A stretch of 64,000 bases of DNA from IMG/VR virus record IMGVR_UViG_3300031227_011830; one strand, 5' to 3'. Shown one piece after another: positions 38,719 through 49,900 of the stretch (within the stretch, counting starts at the first letter, position 1; each line of letters opens with the position of its first letter). The notes beneath the pieces were generated by a model. That model had not been told where the DNA came from, ran no database searches, and saw only the letters and a program-made list of their open reading frames with translations. Position numbers and translations under genes: made by a program. This DNA comes from an uncultured virus (IMG/VR IMGVR_UViG_3300031227_011830). Taxonomy: Duplodnaviria; Heunggongvirae; Uroviricota; Caudoviricetes.

Positions 38719-39663
38719 TTACTTCGCTGTGTCAGAATACACATTCCGTCCCCAATTCTTCACACACTTATCCCTTGTGCTTTTACAAATCAATGTAGAA
38801 TCTAACGGCTGTTTGTGAAAACTGCGATACGCTTCGCCATCAACATAACCGTGAACCTTGACAATATGAGAAATCAATGACCTAAACCACCTCTTGCAAT
38901 CTAAACACTGAACTAAATCTCGCTCTGAATCATAGTAAGATACATCATATTTGTCCCGTTTGACCGGCTTTTTATCTATCTTGTCTGTATACGAAACAGC
39001 CCAACGCTTCAATGTCCGACCACAATTGCTACAATGATTGTTGATAGTGTAAAGAGCAAGATTGTGCCGCTGTTCACAAGCACTACACTCTACAACCTTG
39101 CCAATTGGCGGCAACTCCATATCTTTTAAATTCAATTTTGCCCGAATAGTTGAACCCAAAGTCGTACAATCAAACGCCTCTGGATGCGCCTTGAAAAACT
39201 TCCGTAAATCTGAAACATCAATTGCATAAGCGCGTTCATTCTCTATACCATCCATCGGCCTACGTATTGCCCGTAATCCATTATCAATCCAATCAGTAAC
39301 CTGATTGGACCAAATACCAAAACATTTGGCTAACTCTGAGGCAGAATACCGACCATCTTGAGAAAAAATGCTAATCCCTAATTTCCGACATCTACGATCA
39401 ACTGCACATTCTGTCCGTCCAAGATGCTTTGCTATTCGCTTAACAGAAAAAACACCATAATTGTTCAAAAGATAGTCTGTGTCAGTTTCAGACCATTGGG
39501 CCGCACTATGACCAAAAATCATGCCAGCATTTCTCTTAGACGGAAGAGTGCCATTCTCTCTACGTAAACAAAAATGCAACCCGCAATATCCTCTAAAATA
39601 TGCCTTTTTCTTACAATTTCCCTCGCGACAAGTACGCAAACAAAACCTCCTTATGTCGTCCAT
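38719..39663 (-). CDS. Multidomain DNA-binding protein (Myb/HTH + Zn fingers, MucR-like end)
   Basis: WSETDTDYL...IAKHLGRT; YSASELAKCFG; VQCLDCKRWFRSLISHIVKVHG...YR. Confidence 0.65.
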   Translation of the reverse strand: MDDIRRFCLRTCREGNCKKKAYFRGYCGLHFCLRRENGTLPSKRNAGMIFGHSAAQWSETDTDYLLNNYGVFSVKRIAKHLGRTECAVDRRCRKLGISIFSQDGRYSASELAKCFGIWSNQVTDWIDNGLRAIRRPMDGIENERAYAIDVSDLRKFFKAHPEAFDCTTLGSTIRAKLNLKDMELPPIGKVVECSACEQRHNLALYTINNHCSNCGRTLKRWAVSYTDKIDKKPVKRDKYDVSYYDSERDLVQCLDCKRWFRSLISHIVKVHGYVDGEAYRSFHKQPLDSTLICKSTRDKCVKNWGRNVYSDTAK

Positions 39664-39701
39664 ACACTGACATGAGAATTAACAACAAAGTTTGCATTTA
39701 C

Positions 39702-39737
39702 AAAAAATGGCGAGCCTGAATTACTCAAGCCCGCCAT
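39702..39737 (-). terminator. Rho-independent terminator
   Basis: ATGGCGGGCTTGA...TCAGGCTCGCCAT followed by TTTTT. Confidence 0.7.
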
Positions 39738-39765
39738 CTCAAAACTATTTGATTCAATGCGAAAA

Positions 39766-40167
39766 TCACATATCGTATCCATAAGTGAATACACTATGAC
39801 TATCTGATTCTGCTGGATTTGAACGAAAATACTCCTTATAAAGACGCTTACCTACCTGAATAAGCTTCTTGCTGTTTTCCCGAGTAACGGAAGTTAAAGA
39901 CCAACAAACAGCACGAAATGGATCGTCTGGATCTGATTCATAGTAGCCGTAATCTGATTCATAGTCGCCGTATGCATAAGCACTGTCAGAAACATCTTCT
40001 TGTGCTATTACAAACAATACAGGCTCACCTAAAACTTTGACAATTTTTTCATCTAATATCTGAGTCTCTCGGGAATATCTATTGATCAGTTTTCACGCCG
40101 CTGAACTTGCCCCTGTCAACTCTTTTGCTAACTTTACCAACCGTTGAGCTACTCTTTTCTGATCCAT
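39766..40167 (-). pseudogene. Gene with an in-frame TGA after codon 24
   Basis: GGAGG RBS, MDQKRVAQRLVKLAKELTGASSAA*KLINRYSRETQ..., continuous in frame with the ORF 39766-40017. Confidence 0.65.
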
Positions 40168-40282
40168 CTTACAAAACCTCCATTTGCAGAAAAAACGTAA
40201 TTGGTCTAAATAAAGACAAGTATCAAAAAATTATAGCACAAATTGTCCCCGCATGACAATGCCATGCAAGATTTTCACCATA

Positions 40283-40840
40283 TCAGTCCCAATCTTTTAG
40301 CTGCATTGACATTGAATTCTGCTTCTCTATCGATATTGCAGCCTCGGCTATGCGAAAAATTACTATCCATGCCTCGCATAATAGCCGCCAAAAGAAAATA
40401 CTAGCAAAAAACATCAACACATAACCTATGCACCATCCAAAACGTCCGTTTTCAGAAATCTCCATAACCATAGCAGCACCTGTGGCCAACAATATACACA
40501 ATAACCCAGATAAATACATGTACTTTATGTACGCAGTAGTCATAAACGTGTCGAACGAACTGTCCAATAAGCTCACAATTTTAGATTCGGAATCCTCGTC
40601 CTCTTTGAAATCCTCATTATCTTCGGAATCCTCATCCTCTTCGAAATCCTCATTATCTTCGGATTCCTCGTCCTCTTTGAGCTTCTTGGTTCCAATATCG
40701 GCGCCACAATAAGGACATTCTGATACACTACGAAACGAAAACCAACTTTTACGTAATGAAAACCACTTGTTACAAAAAGAACAACGCAACTTATTATCCC
40801 CTATGTTTACGCCACACACTAAATGAAGAAAAATGGCCAT
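40283..40840 (-). CDS. Zn-finger + acidic repeat + DUF4282-like membrane protein
   Basis: CSFC/CPYC; 36-nt tandem EDE(E/D)SEDNEDF repeat; FDTFMT...IFFWRLLCEAWIVIFRIAE. Confidence 0.65.
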   Translation of the reverse strand: MAIFLHLVCGVNIGDNKLRCSFCNKWFSLRKSWFSFRSVSECPYCGADIGTKKLKEDEESEDNEDFEEDEDSEDNEDFKEDEDSESKIVSLLDSSFDTFMTTAYIKYMYLSGLLCILLATGAAMVMEISENGRFGWCIGYVLMFFASIFFWRLLCEAWIVIFRIAEAAISIEKQNSMSMQLKDWD

Positions 40841-40852
40841 TCATGACCTGAT

Positions 40853-41287
40853 TTACACTAACGTGGCTTTAGCCACAGAAATCTCTATCTTATGCCATAT
40901 ATTGCCATTGCTCTTCAACACAACAAATCCGAGTTTGCGATTCTTTGCATCATTGCCGGACAATACAAAACTGTTAGCGCCTACACTGTCCGTATAAGCT
41001 GCCTCAAATTCTTCCCATTCTTGATGCTCAATAACTTGCGGAACGTCAAACAAGGGAATCTCTACAACAGCTTCTTTGTCATCATTCACAAGAGCAACGA
41101 AAACCTTGCCTTCTTCAAAACTCATGCCCGGCAAAACAGCAAAATTATCCAAGCCTAGCTGCTTACCAATGCCTTCAATGTTCTTTCGACAATTATCAAG
41201 TCTTGTATTCTCTTCCTTTACCAATACTTTCGACAATTCAGCAAATGACATTTGTTCTCCTTTCAGAACAAACCAATTCCCTAACAT
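40853..41287 (-). CDS. Hypothetical protein
   Basis: Probable start MSFAEL after AGGAG. Confidence 0.55.
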   Translation of the reverse strand: MLGNWFVLKGEQMSFAELSKVLVKEENTRLDNCRKNIEGIGKQLGLDNFAVLPGMSFEEGKVFVALVNDDKEAVVEIPLFDVPQVIEHQEWEEFEAAYTDSVGANSFVLSGNDAKNRKLGFVVLKSNGNIWHKIEISVAKATLV

Positions 41288-41316
41288 CCTACTTATCTTA
41301 CATGTCTTCTAAATCC

Positions 41317-42624
41317 TCAAACGCTCGCCTGTTCAATACCTGTATTGCCGCCGGTGTTCTTTTTGCCATCAATCTTGAACTCTCCTTGTTCTGACTGATC
41401 GTCAATAACGCTAAATTGAGCCAATAAAGTACAGTGTGATTCTACTTGAGGATTCTGAACACTAAGATTAGAACAACCATTGTTCTCGTCCCATACAAAA
41501 TCATCTATGCCCAATTCAAGAAAACGCTCGTGAATCGCCTTGTCATACCAATCACGAAACGTCCTAACAAGCCTTTGTATTTCCTGATTACGCACTCGCT
41601 GAGTGTTGCCCGAAGCATTCATATACTGAATATAGCATAATCGCGGAACCCTAACCATTCGTGTGTGTAAAAATGTTCGCACCACCAACTCATAATCGTC
41701 AGCAACATGAATCCTTCTGTTATGACCACCCAATTCCTGATATGTCTTCTTGCGCCATGACCGAATGTGATTCGGAGCAGATACAATGTGTCTGATTACC
41801 TTGGGATTGATGTTCGCTGCATTCATTGCCCATAATAAACGACCCTTATATGCCTCTTGACGGTAACTGCCATATCCCAAGCCCCAACCGTCTCCATATT
41901 TCACTAGATTGCCGTTTTCGTAGACCTCAGCACAGTCTGTGTAAACAAAACCCGCCTCGGGAAACTGCTTGAAACCTTCTACTACATCACTAAGAGCATT
42001 TTCCGTTAACTCGTCATCATGATCAAGCTCTACAAGTATGTCCCCCTTGCAAAGAGAAGCTGCTATATTCTTGACCTCCCCTATCACACCTGAATGACGG
42101 TGCATTTTGTGTACTGTTATATGATGATCCTTTGCAGCTAAATCCTCAAGCATCCTAAATGTGGCATAATCATCATCAGAATCGTCCAAAATGACCCATT
42201 CCCAATCCCTGTATTGCTGCCGTTTGAGTGAATGATACGGACGTAATATGCGCTCGCCTGTTTTGTAAGCCGGAGTAAACACACTCACAAACGGCGGTGC
42301 GTCTTCTCGCTTGCGTAAACAACTATCTATGAAACAGCCAAAAGCCCTACAACCACAATCGTCAATATCCTTGGAACTGTCAAAATGTACCCAACGCCTG
42401 CGAATGTCAAACGAAGCATTTAACAAATTGGGAAACTCATTCTGAGCGCCAAAAGTTACGAATACATCAGGTCTTTCTTCTACCAAAATTCTGTCAAAAT
42501 CTTCATCTGTCAAATAACACTTGCAATCTAACTCGCGAGTTTCATGATTCGCAACTGGACCAACTGATTGCAAATTGATGTTCTTCAAGCCAAAAATACA
42601 CACCGTCGGAAGATTGCCAGCCAT
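41317..42624 (-). CDS. GT2 glycosyltransferase
   Basis: VSVFTPAY, WVILDDS, VELDHDD, ADDYEL. Confidence 0.85.
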   Translation of the reverse strand: MAGNLPTVCIFGLKNINLQSVGPVANHETRELDCKCYLTDEDFDRILVEERPDVFVTFGAQNEFPNLLNASFDIRRRWVHFDSSKDIDDCGCRAFGCFIDSCLRKREDAPPFVSVFTPAYKTGERILRPYHSLKRQQYRDWEWVILDDSDDDYATFRMLEDLAAKDHHITVHKMHRHSGVIGEVKNIAASLCKGDILVELDHDDELTENALSDVVEGFKQFPEAGFVYTDCAEVYENGNLVKYGDGWGLGYGSYRQEAYKGRLLWAMNAANINPKVIRHIVSAPNHIRSWRKKTYQELGGHNRRIHVADDYELVVRTFLHTRMVRVPRLCYIQYMNASGNTQRVRNQEIQRLVRTFRDWYDKAIHERFLELGIDDFVWDENNGCSNLSVQNPQVESHCTLLAQFSVIDDQSEQGEFKIDGKKNTGGNTGIEQASV

Positions 42625-42625
42625 G

Positions 42626-43411
42626 CTATATTCCTAAAACAATTGACTCTACTTCTAGAGCATACTCTTCAGCCATGCCCAAACTGACAACACTATCAAG
42701 TTTCTGTTCTAATGCCCGTTCAACAGCATCATTGCCTGGCTCAATACACACATCTGCTAAATCGCCAAGTAAATACCTATCCTTCGGACATACCACCGAA
42801 CCACCCAATGCTAAATGTCTGCGAATCTGAATGTCATGACCATCCATGCGAGAAGGATAAATACCAATTGCCCCCGCCCGAACGGCTGTGTTGAACTGTA
42901 AAGCGCTAAATGGTTCAACCAATGTGTCCGTAGGACAGATGTTGCTCCACATCCGCATTGCTATTTTCTCGCCTTGCAACCGAGAAACATCCTGAACACG
43001 ACTGAACGGCCCCAATGTAGAGGCATGCAAAAGACAAGGCTGTTTATGCTCTTCAATCAATCTGCGTTTGCCAGCATCTAAATCCAACAATGGAGGATTT
43101 GTCAAGATAACCTTTGTTGAGTACCCATAACGCTTCAACGCCAATTGCATAGCCTTATGAGAAGAAACAGCTATAATGTCCCAGCCAAAATCACTATGTT
43201 CCATAATTGGCCCAAAAGCAAACAACACCTTCCTATGAGCCAATAAACAATGCCGTATCGGACCAACACCAACAACTACATCGTATACAATGTCCAAATG
43301 AGCATCCAAAGCCGAATAACTCACTCTTGTTACAGCACAACGCTTGCTCAACGTATCAGCAATGAAATCCGATTCAAGACTTGGAACCTCAAATAAAACA
43401 GCTACATTCAT
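42626..43411 (-). CDS. Divergent GT-B-like protein
   Basis: IIAVSS, GIYPSRMDGHDIQIRRHLALGGSVV (degenerate GT4 C-terminal motif). Confidence 0.45.
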   Translation of the reverse strand: MNVAVLFEVPSLESDFIADTLSKRCAVTRVSYSALDAHLDIVYDVVVGVGPIRHCLLAHRKVLFAFGPIMEHSDFGWDIIAVSSHKAMQLALKRYGYSTKVILTNPPLLDLDAGKRRLIEEHKQPCLLHASTLGPFSRVQDVSRLQGEKIAMRMWSNICPTDTLVEPFSALQFNTAVRAGAIGIYPSRMDGHDIQIRRHLALGGSVVCPKDRYLLGDLADVCIEPGNDAVERALEQKLDSVVSLGMAEEYALEVESIVLGI

Positions 43412-43914
43412 TCATCTTGTTCCTTTTCTATCAATAACCCTATGTCATCGCTAATAGACTCTTCAAATGGTGTTCCCTCTTCGTCCTGCTCCTTCGTAAG
43501 AACTTCAGACTTCTTAGGCTTCTTGAAAAGTGGACGCGGACCACCACATATCATTCTTTCCCCGCCTGTGAAATCAATAAAACGAACGTCATCCGTCTTG
43601 TAAGATATTACCCGAATCCCGGCTAACTCGTCTTTCGGTTTGATAAGAACTGTGTCACAATTGCCAGACAACGTGGCAAACACAACTAAACTATCATCAC
43701 TACGAACAACATAGCCTATCACAGAAATATCGTTACGTACCTGCTCAACTTGTAATGTGCTGCCAGCCGGTAACTGTATCTTGATGCCAGTATCTATCTC
43801 AACTAATCGTCCCGATAACACCGTATAAGTCTGTGTAGAATATACGCGAAAAGGATTAACCCAAGGAATAGCTATAGTCTTGTCTTTACGCTCTATCTTT
43901 ATTGCTTTCATCAA
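43408..43914 (-). CDS. Degenerate dUTPase-fold protein
   Basis: IDTGIKIQLPAG and IKPKDELA are dUTPase-like; the RSG and GxIDxDY motifs are absent. Confidence 0.4.
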   Translation of the reverse strand: MMKAIKIERKDKTIAIPWVNPFRVYSTQTYTVLSGRLVEIDTGIKIQLPAGSTLQVEQVRNDISVIGYVVRSDDSLVVFATLSGNCDTVLIKPKDELAGIRVISYKTDDVRFIDFTGGERMICGGPRPLFKKPKKSEVLTKEQDEEGTPFEESISDDIGLLIEKEQDE

Positions 43915-46900
43915 ATGCTCTCCTTGTTCATACCAAGATTCTCTATCCTATACTTCTTGCGACCCTGCTGCTGGAAAACATAAGCCTTGCGTGGATGATC
44001 AAGATGATATGATACCGCATCCATTAGCCATTCTGCTTTAGCGCCAGATTTCAACGCCCGCTCTACAAACTCCGTCTCTTCAGCACCCCAACCTACATAA
44101 CCATTGTTGAAACCTGTAACCTTGTCAAACATTGCTCGCGAAATTGAAAAGTTGCCGCCCCATATCCCAAAAAAGTTCTCATTGGGGTCCCCACGCTCAA
44201 TCCATTCTCTATTGGAATAGACCGAAGCATTCTCAGAAGCAAACTTACGAAGTTCAGTGGCATCTTTCAGCATAGACTCGTCAATGTTACGCCATGCTGC
44301 ATCCTGTATTCCATCAATGACGCCTGCCCCTATCACCCCATCTGCAAGCCCAGCATGCGATTCAATAACCTTGGACGAAAACACTAAGTCCCCATTCGTA
44401 AACACCAATCGTTCCCCAGTAGCATAATTGGCTGCCATGTTGTTTACAGCCGCAAGACGATACTGATTGTGCTCCCATGTCGTGTACTTTATAGGAAACG
44501 GGAAAGCACCATCCGAAAGAGAATCCAACCATGCTAATGTGTCATCGTTTGAGCCGTCATCTCCAATAATGACTTCTTTCGGAAAAACAGTCTGATGCTT
44601 TAGTGATTCAAATAATACTTTCAATCGCTCAAGCTGATTGTAAGACGACACAATCAGTGACACACCCGAAACTTCTCTTGACTTAGATACTTCAACTTTC
44701 GGAGCTTCAACTTTCGGAGCTTCAACTTTCGGAGCTTCAATCATGAGTTGCGACACAGACTGTCTATCTGATTCGCCAAAATAATGCTTTTCATGAACGT
44801 CAAATACATTCTTTGCATCGTATTGCTGGCGTCTTGCTTCTCTATCCATCAATCCTATTTTTCTTGCTCTATCCTTATCAGCCAATAATTCCTTTACGTA
44901 TTTTACAGCCCATGGTACGTCTTGATAGAAAAATCCAGATATGTTTGCACGTGTTACCAACTCCAAAGTTTCGCCAACAACACGCGATACAATAGGAACA
45001 CCCAACATTTGTGCTTCTGCTACGCAAAGCGGTTTGCCCTCGCGCATAGAAGTAAACAACATCACATCCGCTTCAAGAAGACGCTCTGTCACGTCTTCAA
45101 CAAAACCAGTAATCTCCAAATCTACACCGAGTTTTTTAGCCCTGTTCTTGACCATCTCCATATAAGCCGCGTAACCCTCTTCATGACCGCCTATCAAAAT
45201 GCCTTTAGCGCCCGGAACTTGCGACAGGATTTCAACAAATTGTGTCTGATTCTTGTTGACCTCAATGCGTCCGACCATTACAACATTATGACCCGTAAGA
45301 GGAGCAATCTTGTCAGGAACTTCAAGAGCACAAGCACACTCTATAGCATTATCACAACGCTTAGACATCAAATCGAAAACAGCTTTGCTTACGCAAAATC
45401 GTGCCTCCGCAACATCATCCGATTTGACATCGTTATCATCATACATGGCTGCGATATTGTTTGCCGCATGCCATGTCTCAAAAAAACGTTTTTCAGGTAA
45501 TGCTTTCTTCAACTCAATACGCTGATGCTCAAAAAAGTTGGCTAAATGAATCACATCATACGCTCTCAAACGTTCTATCAACTCAGGTTTCATCGAAACA
45601 AAACGAGGAGCAACTCGACTTACCGACTGCTCATATACCTCATCTGCCCAATCCAGATTTACCTTACTCGGCGCCTGAGCCATGTCGGAGACTGCAAACA
45701 TTCCTACTTTATAGCCACGACGCTGAGCTTCTCTTCCAAGATTCCTAAAGTGTACTTCCGAACCGCCCAACGAAAACAGCGGCAAAACATAAGCAATGCT
45801 TTTCTGAGACTTGACTTTCTGAGAAGGTTTTGCAGAAATACAAGTGCTCTTTGATTCTGCAATTCCAGAAGACGGTGGTCCTATTTGTTTTGAATGTTGA
45901 ATCGCAGACGGCGTTATTACATCTGGTTGGACAGACGTATGTTCGTGAGAATGCGATTCTTGAACAGAAGAACCTTGAAATATGAATCGTCCAGATTTGT
46001 TTTGCCCTCTTGGAGGAACACCCTCTAACTTCTTGCCGGCAAACAAATCATTTATGTGTCGCAATGCCCAATTAGGCATTGTATAAATCAATCCGTTCTT
46101 TTCATGAGCAATGTCATGCACGCCAGCATTTGCAATGTGCTTGCAAACAATAGGAATGCCCATCGACCGAACAACAATTGAGTTATTTATTGACTCCTTG
46201 CCGCACGAAGTAAACAAAGCAATATCACCATCAGTTACATCTTCAGTTTCGCGTATCTCTACATCAACCTTTATCCGGCTGATATACTTGCGTAGAAGCT
46301 TCAAATATGACGGATTGTTGTCATGCCCGCAATAGATAATGCCCTTTACACCTTCTACCCGCATTATCAAGTCAACAAACTCGATAAGATTGTTAGGAGG
46401 CAAAATTGACCCAATCGTAATGATAGTACCCTTTGATTCTTCCATTTCTGGCGTGTCCTCTTCGCATTCTAGTTCTATCGTTTTAGACTCAGAAACTTCT
46501 AACTGTCCATCAACTTCCTGAACAAGATTGTGCCCAAAATCATTCGACCAATGCCGTATCTCATCGCGCCAATTGGGACCAATAAGCCGATTAAACATGC
46601 TTATCATCCCAATAAGTGCTTCATCCCTATTATACCCAGAAACATCAGGATGTTTTACAACAATTCTTCCATCCAAGTAATTTTTTAGTCCTATTTTTCT
46701 TGCCATATAGCTCAACCACAAGTCTTGGCCCCACCCAATATCGTTTCCCGCCGGCAATGAGGGAACTGCCTCTGTGACCTTTTTGCTCACTGCCATACAA
46801 ATGCCTTCAAGATTATAAACCTCGCATAGCTTGCCGCCAGTTGCCGAATGCTTCATTGCAGAACGGCCATCCCCGACAATAGACGGGCTCCAACATCCGA

Positions 46901-49900
46901 ATGGGAAAGAAATCTCAATAGCTTCTTTGTAACTATCAGGACTATCCAGTAACTCAACATCAGCAGCAACTACCCATACAACATCATAATCACGCCCAAA
47001 TAGCCTCATTGCCTCATTCCAACAACCAGTCCAATAGATGTTGTCATAACGATGAGTAACACACTTCGGAACTTTGTCAGCGTCAGAACCGCTATCAAAT
47101 ACGCTTACATCAAATATGGGAGATAACTGATTATAAAGCCTATCGGCCTCTGTTTGATTGTGATTCATTATGACCACTTTGATGTAAGGCTTCTCTGTAT
47201 CATAAACAATGCCATACGTCTTAGGGTGATTCTGGTACAGTTTGTCAGTTTTATGATTGTAATTCATTACGGCCACTTTGATGTAAGGCTTCTCTGTGTC
47301 ATAAACAATGCCATACATCTTGGGGTGATTCTGGCGTATCCGCGCGTGTATTCTATCAAACAATCCTTCAGCAGTCTTAGACATTGAACCAGGCTTCGTT
47401 CTATCCCAAACAAACAACTTGCCAATAACCTTGGCAAACTTAACTCCATTCTCTACACACGAATGCCAGAAATCCCAGTCTTCATAGCCTTCTCGAAGTT
47501 TCTCATCGTAACCGCCCGTATCTTGCCATACAGACTTTCTCACCAAAGCTGTACAACATATCTGATTGATATTTGTTATCAGTTGTGGTTTGAAACATTG
47601 TATACGTTCGCCTTCCTTACCATCTTCCTCAAGAACTTTAACATCTGTATAGACTACTCCAACATCTGATTGAGATTCCATGTAAGCCACGCATCTCTCA
47701 AGCATATCAAGTTCAATATAGTCATCCGCATCAAGCGGTAATACATATTTTCCCCTTGCTGCTCGAAACCCCGTATTGCGAGCCGCAGCTAAACCTTGAT
47801 TGCTCTGCTCTACCAATACTATCTTATCTTTGCTATATTGCTTCCAAAGTTGTCCAACAGCTTCATCACAATCATCAGGGCTTCCATCGTTGACTATGAT
47901 AATCTCAAAGTCTTGAAGTGTTTGATTCATCACACTGCCGACTGAGCGTTCCAAATAAGACGCATGATTCCAGCACGGTATTACAACAGACACCAATGGC
48001 TCATGCTGTAAACTTTCTACAGCCACTAATTTATCCTCCGGTACTCTACAAAACTCAGCATGATTTGAACACACTTCATAATGCAGCTCTTGTCTAATCT
48101 CATAACAATCATACCGCATTCCTGCATGACTTTGGTCATAAATAACCAATGCCTCTGGTACTTTTACAAACTTGACATCCATTTCCGCACATGACAACCA
48201 AAAATCCCAATCTTCATAGCCTTTTTTTAGACTTTCATTGTAGCCACCACATGTCTCCCATACCGATCTGCGAATCAAAGATCCAGAATGCAATAGATTA
48301 TTACCTTTGATTTTCTCAATATCAAACTCTGTACTCCAATATTCTTCGCATCGAGAAAACACCTTTATCACATCTGTAAAAACAACGCCAACTTCTGGAT
48401 TGCCTTTAAATGCTGCAATGCACTTCGCAAGCATATCAAGTTCAATGTAATCATCCGCGTCAAGGGGTAATACATATTTGCCCCTTGCTGCACGAAAACC
48501 AGCATTGCGTGCCCCACTCAATCCTCTATTGGGCTGCCCAATCAGGATGATATCAATGTCGTCATACTGTGCTTGTAAAGAACGAACAACATCAGAGCAT
48601 TCATCTGGACTACCATCATCAACAACAATGATTTCAATGTTCTTGAAAGTTTGGTTTACAACACTATCAACCGCTCGCACAAGAAAGTGAGCATGATTAT
48701 AACAAGGTATCACAACAGACACCAATGGCTCATGCTGTAAACTTTCTACAGCCACAACTGGAATGCTATCAGAGCCAGCAATCTTATGTTTGTAAGAAGA
48801 TGATGTAGTTGATACTTTAGAATCGACACGTTCCTTCCACATATCTAAAGCGTTCATACTTCGCAAAACATCTTCCGTTTGCAAATCATCTACAAGAAAT
48901 AAATTATCAGAATAAGTTCCAATAGGTGTCAGATTCTGAGCGGCCTTGATGTCCATTCCTGAAACATCAAGCTCAGACATCTTGTAGGCTCTATACTTGA
49001 TGTCTAATTGACCCAAATGACGAGCACAGCTTATATCAAGACCGCTATTCAGTCGTTCTCTTTTAGGCCATAATTCCCAATCGCATTTTTCCAAAACTCT
49101 TCGACTAAAACATCGTCCAAGACCGATAGGCTCATTATGCCTATCAATACCGCCAGCCATTGTCCCTTTTGCATAGCCTTCCCAATACCATAAACAATCC
49201 AGCTTGTCATCCCAAAAATAAAGATCGTTCAAACCAACAAGACAATCATCCTCCTGAGACTTGGCATAGATAATCTCAAAGTAGTTTTCAGATAACAAAT
49301 CATCCGAGCCCGCTATCACAACCGCATCAGGATTGGATTTTCGCGCCTGCTCAAGACCATGCTGCCACTTATGGTTCAAAGGCAAGTTAGGAAATTCAAA
49401 GTACTCAAATCCACACTGTTCGCATAATTCCTTTGACACATTGCCTTCTGAACCAACAGCAATCAATCTCAAATCAAATCTATCACTTATTCTCTCCTTG
49501 ATGTCCCCATACCGCTTTAGAACGAACTTAGTCAAAGAATGTCGTTTCCATACAGCCGTCAACAAGACAATTTCAGGATTCTTACGCCACCCTATGCCCC
49601 CTAATATCACTGGTTCTGACGGAATCAACTTCCTGACTTTATGATTGGAAATACAACTTCTACAAATGTCCCTTTCATACTTTCCTTTCGTGGGTAATAC
49701 TTCAAGATAATCTTCACATAAATCTACAATCTGATTCCCAAAATCTTCCCTTCGATACCAATGTCGAGCAATCACATTAGGCATTGCCGAACACCAATAT
49801 ACTGTACTGCCCCGCAACGCATATCCCGCACAATCGCACACAGCAGGCAATACACCATCATAAGGGCTATTAGGAACAACCAACATTGATTTACGTTCTA

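Noticed and set aside
40093..40095. Genome-wide TGA reassignment
   Set aside because: TGA is a normal stop in many ATGA overlaps (e.g. 4892, 14880, 43408, 43911), and long conserved genes are intact under the standard code.
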